Shown piece by piece: positions 1 to 8,706 of a DNA stretch of 23,319 nt. The position numbers were made by a program, and so were the translations under genes. The notes beneath the pieces were generated by a model, which ran no database searches, was not told the DNA's origin, and saw only the letters and a program-made list of their open reading frames with translations. Numbering within the stretch: position 1 is the stretch's first letter; every line of letters starts with the position of its first letter. This DNA is from an archaeon (GTDB lineage: Archaea; Asgardarchaeota; Thorarchaeia; Thorarchaeales; Thorarchaeaceae), in NCBI GenBank assembly GCA_024276825.1, contig JAJRWI010000051.1, positions 1 through 23,319 on the forward strand, given 5' to 3'.

Positions 1-2
1 AC

Positions 3-1823
3 GATACAGGAGCTTACCTACTTGCCATTAACGCATTTTCGTATCCACTAAACGACTATCATTTAAGAAGGGCAATAGCCTATGGTATTAACAAGACAGA
101 CATTGCTAATGGCGTTTTTGAATCATATGTAGAACCAATAGACCTGCTGGTTCCAAAATCCAATGAGTTTTCCAAATACGATGATGGTATGTTCTATGAT
201 GTAAATGTGAATAATGCAAGGAAGGAACTTGCGTCTGCAGGAATGCTTGATGTTGATGATGATGGAATGGTAGAGGCGCCCAATGGGGATGAACTCCACC
301 TCAATATTTGGTATCCACATGATGTTCAAGGATTGAACGAGACCGCTTCGGTCATATCTTCGAACCTTATTGCAATCGGGTTGAACAATTCAATCATCCC
401 GATGAATCAGACAGTCATTCAGTATCAGATTGAAATGCATAACGAAACCTATGATCTGGCTTTGTATTACAAGGACCTGTCAGCCTTTGGACTTGGATGG
501 GCAGGCAACACATTCCATAGTTCAATGATCTCGCAATATGGAGAGAACATTGCAAACATAGACGACGATGATATTGACTCAGCCATTGAAATCTATCAAA
601 ACAATCAGTATCTTAAAGACGCGATGGTGATGGGAAGGAATGTTCTTACAATCATTCGAGATCGAGCGCCGGTAATCCCATTATTCAACTACAAATGGCT
701 GAGCGTATATACTGACCAGAACATGGAGGGATGGGTCAGTGATCCTTTTTCAGGGGCCAACAGTCTTTGGAATCTTAAAGAGTTGACACCAAAATCAGGA
801 GCCACCAATGAACTTGTCGTTGCGGTCCTGCCAGAATTCTTCACCGAGTTCTTCACCTCACTCAACCCTTTCAGGGCTGGACAGACAATAGATAATTACA
901 ACTGGCTTGCGAAGAATAATTTCAATCCATATCTCATGATATTTGACACTCCCATTGCCACGCATCCCGATGGCTCAGCGGTTCCAAGAGCGTCATCCGC
1001 TTGGGATGTAGAGTATCTTGGGGTTGTTCCGGATCTTGAAAATGACCAATCGCGTGTTGTATTCTACTGCAACCCCAATGCCAATTGGACAGATGGTGAA
1101 CTAATGAATGCTCAGGACTACAGATTCACATTCGATTACTACTCAAATTGGTCTCTTGTGAACATATCCAGCATCATTAATACCTTCAAGGCAAAGGGTG
1201 ACTACGAGATAGGAATCACTCTAGACAACAAGGATATCTTTCTCTTCCGAACGCTTGGAGCATTACCGATTCTTCCAAGGCATATCTGGGAGAACAAGAA
1301 CCCATTAACGTGGGAGCCAAACATTGATGATCTTGTGGGATCAGGCCCATTCATGATTGAGTCTTTTGATGTGAACAATTCATTGACACTAACGAGGAAT
1401 GTTCACTACTATCCCGAGATTGATAGAAGCCCTCCAGTCCTACTGAGCATTCAGATTGATCCTGAAAACCCGATTCCTGCAGAGAGTGTCTTAATCAGAG
1501 CCGTAATAGAGGACGACAGTAAGATTGAAAATGTCACTCTTCATTACACCCATTCGATTGGCAAGATCAACTTCACTGAAGAGATTCAGATGGTCTTAGG
1601 AGCTCAAGGATACGAAGGCATCATACCTGCAAGAGTCACTGCCAACAGAGTTTCATTCTACATTGAAGCCATGGATATATGGGGTAACTCCGCAATTCTT
1701 TACAATGGCTCTTATTCCCGAAACACAACTACAATCACTTATAACTCGGGACAAACCATCATGATCATTGGGGGTATCATACTCGGAATTATTGTATTGG
1801 TTGTGTTTATTCGTAGAAAGTAG
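3..1823 (+). CDS. ABC transporter substrate-binding protein, family 5 (peptide/nickel type), with C-terminal Ig-like domain and TM anchor; 5'-truncated by window edge
   Basis: Frame is open from nt 3 (DTGAYLLAINAFSYPLNDYHLRRAIAYGINK), upstream of the ORF-track Met. Family-5 SBP motifs: LRRAIAYGIN, APVIPLF, SLNPF, WTDGELMNAQDYRFTF, LPILPRHIW, VGSGPF, LTRNVHYY. Ends in a hydrophobic helix plus RRK. Confidence 0.88.
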   Translation, partial: DTGAYLLAINAFSYPLNDYHLRRAIAYGINKTDIANGVFESYVEPIDLLVPKSNEFSKYDDGMFYDVNVNNARKELASAGMLDVDDDGMVEAPNGDELHLNIWYPHDVQGLNETASVISSNLIAIGLNNSIIPMNQTVIQYQIEMHNETYDLALYYKDLSAFGLGWAGNTFHSSMISQYGENIANIDDDDIDSAIEIYQNNQYLKDAMVMGRNVLTIIRDRAPVIPLFNYKWLSVYTDQNMEGWVSDPFSGANSLWNLKELTPKSGATNELVVAVLPEFFTEFFTSLNPFRAGQTIDNYNWLAKNNFNPYLMIFDTPIATHPDGSAVPRASSAWDVEYLGVVPDLENDQSRVVFYCNPNANWTDGELMNAQDYRFTFDYYSNWSLVNISSIINTFKAKGDYEIGITLDNKDIFLFRTLGALPILPRHIWENKNPLTWEPNIDDLVGSGPFMIESFDVNNSLTLTRNVHYYPEIDRSPPVLLSIQIDPENPIPAESVLIRAVIEDDSKIENVTLHYTHSIGKINFTEEIQMVLGAQGYEGIIPARVTANRVSFYIEAMDIWGNSAILYNGSYSRNTTTITYNSGQTIMIIGGIILGIIVLVVFIRRK

Positions 1824-1827
1824 GTCA

Positions 1828-3294
1828 TTAAGATGACTTCTTCTTAATTCTGAAGATCACATACAACGCAACAACTCCAATCCCAAACCCGCCTATCAAT
1901 AGATATGGACCATATAGTATGAACGGGTCATTAGGCCAGATCTCAGCCAGCACCTCACCTGCGGCCTTCCAGCTGTCTGCAATTCCCAACAAGTGCTCCG
2001 CGATTTGGTCAAGTTCATCGCTATATAATTGCAGAGATGCTTCAAGGTTTTTAGTATCATTGTATGCAGATGAAATGTTGTAGAATGTATTAAACGGAAA
2101 CGAGTCATGCTCTGTGAAATTCACTGGGTCAATCAGACTCTTATTGCTGGCAAGTGCTTCAAAATGCTGCAGGGCATCGGAACCCTTTACGACAAACTCA
2201 GACAGGTCATGTTGAGTGATAAATTTCGGAAGAGATTCAATGGCAGTTCTATATGATAGATACTGCAATGTTATTTGGCTTTCAAGACCAAGGCCAATGA
2301 ATACGAGTAAAGAAGCAATAAAGGATTCGGCATCATCTCGATCTTGAAACTGAGAGAGATATCCATTCAGTCCTTGAACGGACATGTCCGAACTCATTTG
2401 TCTGAAGCCAGCCTCGCCATATTTCCAAATGAAGGCTGCTGAGCTATATGGGTTGTAGGTGGTTCCAACGCCAAGTAACTTGTCTCGTACCATGGGTCCC
2501 AATACACTATCAACATCTTCCACTGGCTCGCCAATGGGTTCAAAGACTGTGGTTATGTAGCTTCTAGCCTTCCACGCATTGTTGAGTGCGGTATATGTCA
2601 TTTCAGTGTAATTTCCACGCCCGTCATAGGGATATCCAAAGTTGCTACCAAATGATCCAACTCCAGGGTCAATGATGGTCACTATTCCATTGGTGTCATT
2701 ATAGCCAACTACGACAATTCCATGACCTCCTCCTGAAATGCCCTGCTCCCTAAGAAAGTCATAATCATCAGATGGGAGCCAAGATGGATCAACACTGAGG
2801 ATAAGGGGTATTCCTTTATCGAGAGTTTCGCGCATAAGGTCAAAGGCTTGAGTTTCTCCATCAAGCAGTCCAATATTGATGCCCTGACCCTCCCATAATT
2901 TCTGGGCCTCCTCAATACCAGCCATTTCACTGTCGAAATAGAATGTTAGGTTCAATCCATAAAGGTCTGCGACGAACTTTGTTGGTTCGACCTGTTGATA
3001 TATGGCCCCGGGATACATGAGCATGGTGTCTTGATATTTTATGTATGCCCAAGAAAACCCTATTGTTGAAACTGCGAACAGATCATGAAGCGTTAAGTCA
3101 AATCCGAGATATTGAAGGACAACCGACTCTGCTGCCCAAGCACAGAAACCGTTTATCTCTTGCCAAACATAGGGGACACCATCAAGAAGAACAGCATCAC
3201 TTGAAGCAGAAACGGGTTGCACTGCATAGAGTGGGACAAGAGTCAGAATGAGAAGCATTATGATTGGTATTGTTTGAGACCTCAAAGTTATCAA
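1828..3294 (-). CDS. Secreted, C-terminally membrane-anchored papain-fold cysteine peptidase (C39-like)
   Basis: Signal peptide; VPYVWQEINGFCAWAA (oxyanion Gln + catalytic Cys), GHGIVVVGYND (His), IIDP (Asp); C-terminal TM helix plus KKK. Confidence 0.78.
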   Translation of the reverse strand: MITLRSQTIPIIMLLILTLVPLYAVQPVSASSDAVLLDGVPYVWQEINGFCAWAAESVVLQYLGFDLTLHDLFAVSTIGFSWAYIKYQDTMLMYPGAIYQQVEPTKFVADLYGLNLTFYFDSEMAGIEEAQKLWEGQGINIGLLDGETQAFDLMRETLDKGIPLILSVDPSWLPSDDYDFLREQGISGGGHGIVVVGYNDTNGIVTIIDPGVGSFGSNFGYPYDGRGNYTEMTYTALNNAWKARSYITTVFEPIGEPVEDVDSVLGPMVRDKLLGVGTTYNPYSSAAFIWKYGEAGFRQMSSDMSVQGLNGYLSQFQDRDDAESFIASLLVFIGLGLESQITLQYLSYRTAIESLPKFITQHDLSEFVVKGSDALQHFEALASNKSLIDPVNFTEHDSFPFNTFYNISSAYNDTKNLEASLQLYSDELDQIAEHLLGIADSWKAAGEVLAEIWPNDPFILYGPYLLIGGFGIGVVALYVIFRIKKKSS

Positions 3295-3422
3295 ATTGAA
3301 CTTAATTAAGGTTCAAATATACATATTGATGGCTACAAAAACATGTTAAGAGATATGAATTAACATATCAAATGGCAAGTTAGAATCAATGTCTTCGTGT
3401 AGAGTAATATGGGGACATAGAG

Positions 3423-3662
3423 ATGCGAATTGAGATTACAGCAATCGGATTCATATTGATCATTGTAGGCATTGCAATCATGATTATAGGTGCTCTGTGG
3501 GGAGCTATGAAGCAGAATGAATCTGAGATCAATGGGCACAGTAAAGGTATTATCCTAATTGGACCAATTCCAATTGTGTGGGGCTTCGGCAACAAGACCA
3601 AAATTCTATGGCTCATCCTGCTTGTAGTATTTTCCTTAATTTTGATTATTGGATTGATTTAG
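3423..3662 (+). CDS. DUF131 / TIGR00304-family small archaeal membrane protein
   Basis: Two TM helices flanking the family signature GIILIGPIPIVWG. Confidence 0.85.
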   Translation: MRIEITAIGFILIIVGIAIMIIGALWGAMKQNESEINGHSKGIILIGPIPIVWGFGNKTKILWLILLVVFSLILIIGLI

Positions 3663-4098
3663 GCGAAGCAGGCCAAATGCATCATTCTAGCGAAATACTT
3701 CAAAAGTTGAATAGTATATTTCGGCAATAATCCTGTTTCTAATTTTTTCCATAGTTCCATATCCTGCTTAAACGGATCTTCCAAGTATTTCATGGCTTCA
3801 TTTACAAGAGACGCATCCCAAATGGCTCCTAAACACATAGACCAAGCTCTTGCCATTCTATTGTTTCGATACTTTTGAAACATCTCTTGAGCAAATGCAA
3901 ATTCAGCCACATCTCTAATTGACTTAAAAATTACAAGCAGCAAGGACTCCACACTTCATTTTCAACAGCGTATTCTACCATGTTTTTTGCATAATCATAG
4001 TAATTTGTTGATGAATTTGCAAGATGCTCAGTAATACTCCAATCATCTTCTTGCAGAAACGCACGATACATCCGAATTGAACCATTCATTTGCATCAT
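3659..4098 (-). pseudogene. Probable frameshifted/decayed gene of unknown function
   Basis: A 55-aa ORF at 4098..3931 (MMQMNGSIRMYRAFLQEDDWS..., GAGGT upstream) overlaps the 97-aa ORF 3952..3659 in another frame at GAAGTGTGGAG. Removing one TG fuses them (...ENEVESLLLV...). Confidence 0.4.
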
Positions 4099-4508
4099 AA
4101 TGACCTCTAGAATAAATGAAAGAGTAAATTATTCAGCTAAATGCGTAATGGGTTGCATGTAGATGCATAGAGGTTAGACAGAGTTGGACACCAATCAAAA
4201 GATCATCTAAATGATATTCTATGAAATTGTGGGGGGCTTAAATAGTATCATGGGAAACAATGGTCTGAAATGTGTCCAGTGCCATTCCTTGAAGGACAGG
4301 ACTTTAATGTCCAACTATGTCGAATTTACAATGAACGGCTCAAGTAGATATAAATCAACCTTTCAATGTTTCCAGTTTTCTATTAATTCGAATATATTTT
4401 CAGCTCTCGAGTAAGAGTTGCTTGCAAACAATGCCAAATGTATGCAATGATCCATAGCATCATAATTGAGATTGAATCCCAATTTTTATTGCTGATAATG
4501 TTATTAAA

Positions 4509-5513
4509 ATGCTGATGAATATGAAAAACTGTTTTATCACAGGGGGCACTGGATTCATAGGAAGCCATATTGTCAAATTATTAGTGAAACGGGGACATCA
4601 GGTCACTGTTTTAATTCGCAAGACATCGAATCTTTCATTGATTCAAGGCTTGCAGATCAACACCATAACATGCGACTTGACAGATAGTGATAGTCTAATC
4701 TCCATGGTTCCTGAAGATACTGAATGGTTATTTCATAATGCTGCAGTTATGAGCCATTGGGGCAACCGCTCAAAATTTTGGCCAGTAAATGTTGAAGGCA
4801 CAAGGAACATACTTGAAATAGTTCGCAAGAAAGACATACCTCAACTAATACATACCTCGTCAACCGCTATATATGGACTGCCAAATAAAATAGAACCAAT
4901 AAAAGAGGATGATCCATGGCACCCTGAGAATGCCTATCAAGAATCGAAAGCAGCTGCAGAACAGCTTGTGATAGATTATGAGAGGGACTATGGGATCAAA
5001 GCAGTGAGGGTAAGACCACCAACTGTTGTGGGCCATGGTGATATGTTTACAGGGCCTCAAATCATTGAACGGATCAAAAATAACTCAATGGTTGCCATTA
5101 GCGGGGAGAGTCGTACTAGTTTTGTGCATGCCGAGGATGTTGCCAGATGTCTCATATTATCTGCTGAAAGGTTTAACAATGCACATGGCAAGGCATACAA
5201 TGTAGTATCTTTTATCTGCACATTTCGTGATTTACTCATAGAACTTGCAAGAGAGCTTGGTGTCAATACTAAATTCAGAACTATTCCTTATCATCTCGCC
5301 TTATTTATTGGCAAGATTTCTGTAGGATTTGCACGACTTCTCCGTCGAGAACAGGCTCCAGCCATCACAGATTTCGTTGTAAAGATATTTGGAACAAATT
5401 ATATCATTAATGCAGATAGAGCAAGAGAGGAGTTAGGCTTTGAGCCCAAGTGGGATCTTCAAAGTACTGCAAAAGATATGGTCAAATGGGGAGGGTTTGT
5501 CAAGCAACGTTGA
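4509..5513 (+). CDS. NAD-dependent epimerase/dehydratase (extended SDR, 3-beta-HSD-like)
   Basis: TGGTGFIG Rossmann motif, HNAA, NVEGT, HTSS, YQESK (YxxxK), RPPTVVG, FVHAEDVA. Confidence 0.9.
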   Translation: MLMNMKNCFITGGTGFIGSHIVKLLVKRGHQVTVLIRKTSNLSLIQGLQINTITCDLTDSDSLISMVPEDTEWLFHNAAVMSHWGNRSKFWPVNVEGTRNILEIVRKKDIPQLIHTSSTAIYGLPNKIEPIKEDDPWHPENAYQESKAAAEQLVIDYERDYGIKAVRVRPPTVVGHGDMFTGPQIIERIKNNSMVAISGESRTSFVHAEDVARCLILSAERFNNAHGKAYNVVSFICTFRDLLIELARELGVNTKFRTIPYHLALFIGKISVGFARLLRREQAPAITDFVVKIFGTNYIINADRAREELGFEPKWDLQSTAKDMVKWGGFVKQR

Positions 5514-6237
5514 TATTGTTCCTAATAAGTGATTGACTCAATCTCCATGTATAAATGTTTGATATTTGGCCCATGGATTCTTTAAATTGGTAATCCAGTC
5601 CAGTCAGTATTTAGCGCATATCATACTCTTTTTTCGAAGACAGCCATGCATGATCAGTCTTCAGTGTTTCAGTCTAACAGTGATTATTACATGGATGGAG
5701 CCAAAGAAGATTCATAATAAAATCTAAGGACAAGACTCATTTCCAAGGACGAATATGTTCAGCCCATCAAAGTAGACGGTCGTTCATTATAAGTTGGACA
5801 AAAGACATGATTGTGCTTCTGTCATTTGAAGTTTGGCTGAATGGATCTGGATCAATTCTGTGATAGCATCTCAAATGCTACTGTGGCCTTCCCGACAATT
5901 ATGTGACTGGACGATTCTTGGATACAATCTATAGAAAATCAATGTATGGAGTTTACAAAGAATAAACCAAGAAGGGTTGCGCGTAAATGCGTAGAGCTTG
6001 ACATAATCTTTACTTTTATTTTTTCACTTTATTTATAGCAATCATCGAAAATTCGCAGAATTATAAAATGGCTTCTGCAACTCATTGATCTGTTTTTCAC
6101 TGGGGATTGGCATTTCGTATAGTATATTTATCAACAAAGACATTTCAAATCAGGAAATAATTTTTTTCATCTATCGAATAATATATGTCATTCAATCAGG
6201 AGGCCAAAACTGAAAAAAAATCAGAGGCATAGACCAA

Positions 6238-7320
6238 TTGAACTATCACATCGTACTCACAAGAAAATGTAACCTCAATTGCAAGTACTGTCATGGTGGT
6301 GAAGAGACTGGCCCAAACACTGAAATCCAGTACTCGCTGGAAGACCTCTCTACTTTTCTTGAAAATGACTCTTGTCCTCAACTAATGTTTTACGGGGGTG
6401 AACCAACTCTTCGCATTAACTTGATGCAGAAGATAATGGACCTTGTTTCAGATGGCAGATTCATGCTGCAGACAAACGGTCTCTTGCTCCATAGAATTCC
6501 CAAAGACTACATCAGACGAATCCATTCTATACTTGTATCAATTGATGGCCCACGAGACGTTACTGATTATTATCGTTCTAGAGGGGTATATGACCAAGTC
6601 CTAAAGAATGTTCGTTGGTTAAGGAATGTTGGCTTTGAGGGGGACATTGTCGCCCGAATGGCAGTTTCACAACAGAGTGATATTTTCCGAGATGTCAGTC
6701 ATTTGCTAGATTTACAAGACCCATCATTTGATCATGTCCATTGGCAACTGAATGTAGTCTGGGATGCAGAAGGAAACTGGATCGATTTTGACAGGTGGGT
6801 TAAGGAATCATACAAGCCTGGAATTGAAAGGCTTGTCAGACGCTGGGTGGACAAAATGCAGGAGGGAGTCCTAGAGGGTATTGTGCCTTTTCTTCCAGTC
6901 ACATACACTCTCTTAACAGGTAGGACCTCAAGGTTGAGATGCGGCTCAGGTCTGGACACATTTGCAATTCATACAAATGGCACAATCGGAGTCTGTCCCA
7001 TATCCCCAGATTGGGACTTCTCAATTGTTGGTGATATTCATTCCACAAATCCTGAAGGTCTTAAGGATATTATGACCGTGATTGACCCATGTCCCAGCTG
7101 CAAAGAGTATGGAGTGTGTGGAGGAAGGTGCCTTTTTGCTAACCGACAAAGATTATGGGGCAACGAGGGATTTGAGAAGATCTGCGATACCGTGAGACAT
7201 ATGATCTCAACTCTAAGAGCATATCTTGATGAAATAATTGAAAATATTAAATATAGCAATATTGGTATAGAGCAATTCAATTATCCAGAGTTCAACAATG
7301 GTTGTGAGATCATTCCATAG
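6238..7320 (+). CDS. Radical SAM/SPASM-domain protein, AF0577 (TIGR04084)-like
   Basis: CNLNCKYC (CxxxCxxC), YGGEP, QTNG, SIDG; SPASM Cys pattern CGSG...GVCP...CPSC...CGGRC; C-terminus NNGCEIIP; TTG start. Confidence 0.88.
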   Translation: MNYHIVLTRKCNLNCKYCHGGEETGPNTEIQYSLEDLSTFLENDSCPQLMFYGGEPTLRINLMQKIMDLVSDGRFMLQTNGLLLHRIPKDYIRRIHSILVSIDGPRDVTDYYRSRGVYDQVLKNVRWLRNVGFEGDIVARMAVSQQSDIFRDVSHLLDLQDPSFDHVHWQLNVVWDAEGNWIDFDRWVKESYKPGIERLVRRWVDKMQEGVLEGIVPFLPVTYTLLTGRTSRLRCGSGLDTFAIHTNGTIGVCPISPDWDFSIVGDIHSTNPEGLKDIMTVIDPCPSCKEYGVCGGRCLFANRQRLWGNEGFEKICDTVRHMISTLRAYLDEIIENIKYSNIGIEQFNYPEFNNGCEIIP

Positions 7321-7331
7321 CAGAATGAGGG

Positions 7332-7814
7332 TCACTCGAATTCTTCGTCAATCTCGCCCTCGGCGAGGTCTTTTCTCATCAGAATAATCTCTTCACCCAG
7401 ACGTTCCTTTCTCCCAGTTTCCACATAGCCCAGTCTGGAATAGAACGTGCTCTGTGCATCAACACTGCTGTACACCTCGATTTCCACATAGCTTGCACCC
7501 ATATGTGCCAAGAGGTTCTCAGCATATTCCACCATCATTGAACCAATACGACGGTTTCGAAAGTTGTTTTTCACTGCGAGGCGTTCAATAACCCCAATAT
7601 TTCCCCTCATGGTGACTCGCATTGTTCCAACGATTGAGCCGCCAACTATGGCCACATAGACATTACCCATCTGAATGTGTCGTGAGATCTTGCCCAGTCC
7701 TTCAGTGAGTGCTGCAGGCGGTCTCGAGAGTTGTTTTTTCACGGGCTTGTATGCCTCTTCGATGATAGATCGGACGATGTCGACCTCTCCAAGTTCTGCT
7801 CGTCTTATGGTCAC
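7332..7814 (-). CDS. GNAT family N-acetyltransferase
   Basis: RLAVKNNFRNRRIGSMM acetyl-CoA motif A and FYSRLGY. Confidence 0.88.
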   Translation of the reverse strand: MTIRRAELGEVDIVRSIIEEAYKPVKKQLSRPPAALTEGLGKISRHIQMGNVYVAIVGGSIVGTMRVTMRGNIGVIERLAVKNNFRNRRIGSMMVEYAENLLAHMGASYVEIEVYSSVDAQSTFYSRLGYVETGRKERLGEEIILMRKDLAEGEIDEEFE

Positions 7815-7955
7815 TTCTGCATAGTTGTAAATTGGGGTAACCTCCCTTCTGCTGTAGAATTACAGTCTGTTTAAGATATACATTTCTTAGTCATAAACTA
7901 TTGCAATGGGGATTAGGAATTCTTTTTTGCAATGCAGTTGTGAATACTAACTACA

Positions 7956-8444
7956 ATGGAGCAAATAAAAATATCCAAAACGACACCATCCGATGAGCAA
8001 GTTCTTCGAGAGATAATTATTGATTCATGGGGCACCGACTTTGTTGTTTCACGTGGTAGTAAGTGGTATCCCCTTGAACTCCCAAAGCTCGTGGCAAAAC
8101 TAGACAATACAATTGTGGGACTATTGACATATAGAGTCGAGGATGATGAATGTGAGTTAGTGACATTGAATAGTCTACAGGAGGGAATAGGAGTAGGCAC
8201 ACTACTAATAGATGAATTGGTAAGAAAGGCCAAGGAACTTGGTTGCAAACGCATTTGGGTGATCACAACAAACGACAATATCAAGGCTCTTGCATTTTAT
8301 CAAAAGAAGGGGTTCAGGCTCAAAGAAGTATATCCCAATGCGATTGAACAATCAAGAAAGTTGAAGCCTCAGATACCACTCATTGGAAATAATGGAATTC
8401 CAGTAAGAGATGAGATCGAGCTAGAACTATTGCTAAATTACTAA
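7956..8444 (+). CDS. GNAT family N-acetyltransferase
   Basis: QEGIGVGTLL motif A, ITTNDN, ALAFYQKKGF, C-terminal IPVRDEIEL. Confidence 0.9.
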   Translation: MEQIKISKTTPSDEQVLREIIIDSWGTDFVVSRGSKWYPLELPKLVAKLDNTIVGLLTYRVEDDECELVTLNSLQEGIGVGTLLIDELVRKAKELGCKRIWVITTNDNIKALAFYQKKGFRLKEVYPNAIEQSRKLKPQIPLIGNNGIPVRDEIELELLLNY

Positions 8445-8517
8445 TATGAAATCATTGATGGAATATAACATCGGGATTTAATAGAGGATTTGTAGGATAC
8501 ACATTGAGGTCATTTGC

Positions 8518-8670
8518 ATGCCAAAGGAAAAGGATGAAGAAGAAATTGTAGAATCTCAAAAACTCAGTGCTCGCGATAAAAAGGAAATTCAAGAGGGAGC
8601 CTGTGTGAACTGTGCAGCAGCGAGCATTGTATTGACTCTTGTTATCTATATATTAATGATCGTCATGTAA
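8518..8670 (+). CDS. 50-aa tail-anchored membrane microprotein with juxtamembrane CxxC (not in ORF track)
   Basis: MPKEKDEEEIVESQKLSARDKKEIQEGACVNCAAASIVLTLVIYILMIVM*; TGAGGT Shine-Dalgarno-like motif 7 nt before ATG; fills the intergenic gap. Confidence 0.65.
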   Translation: MPKEKDEEEIVESQKLSARDKKEIQEGACVNCAAASIVLTLVIYILMIVM

Positions 8671-8706
8671 ATAAAAAGAGGGAGAGTCCCAGAGGGACTA
8701 TTCCTC
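8671..8706 (-). terminator. Hairpin plus T-run at the 3' end of the membrane-protein gene (possibly bidirectional)
   Basis: GAGGGAGAGTCCC-AGA-GGGACTATTCCTC inverted repeat, followed on the minus strand by TTTTTAT. Confidence 0.5.

Noticed and set aside
4211-4414. 67-aa ORF containing CVQCH (CXXCH)
   Set aside because: No signal peptide, TM or SD; it lies antisense to the decayed gene region. A chance motif is more likely than a cytochrome.
5841-6038. Possible UGA (Sec) read-through ORF with TGA at 5904
   Set aside because: No selenoprotein-like context or nearby SECIS-like hairpin, and the stop density of this frame across the gap is about random.
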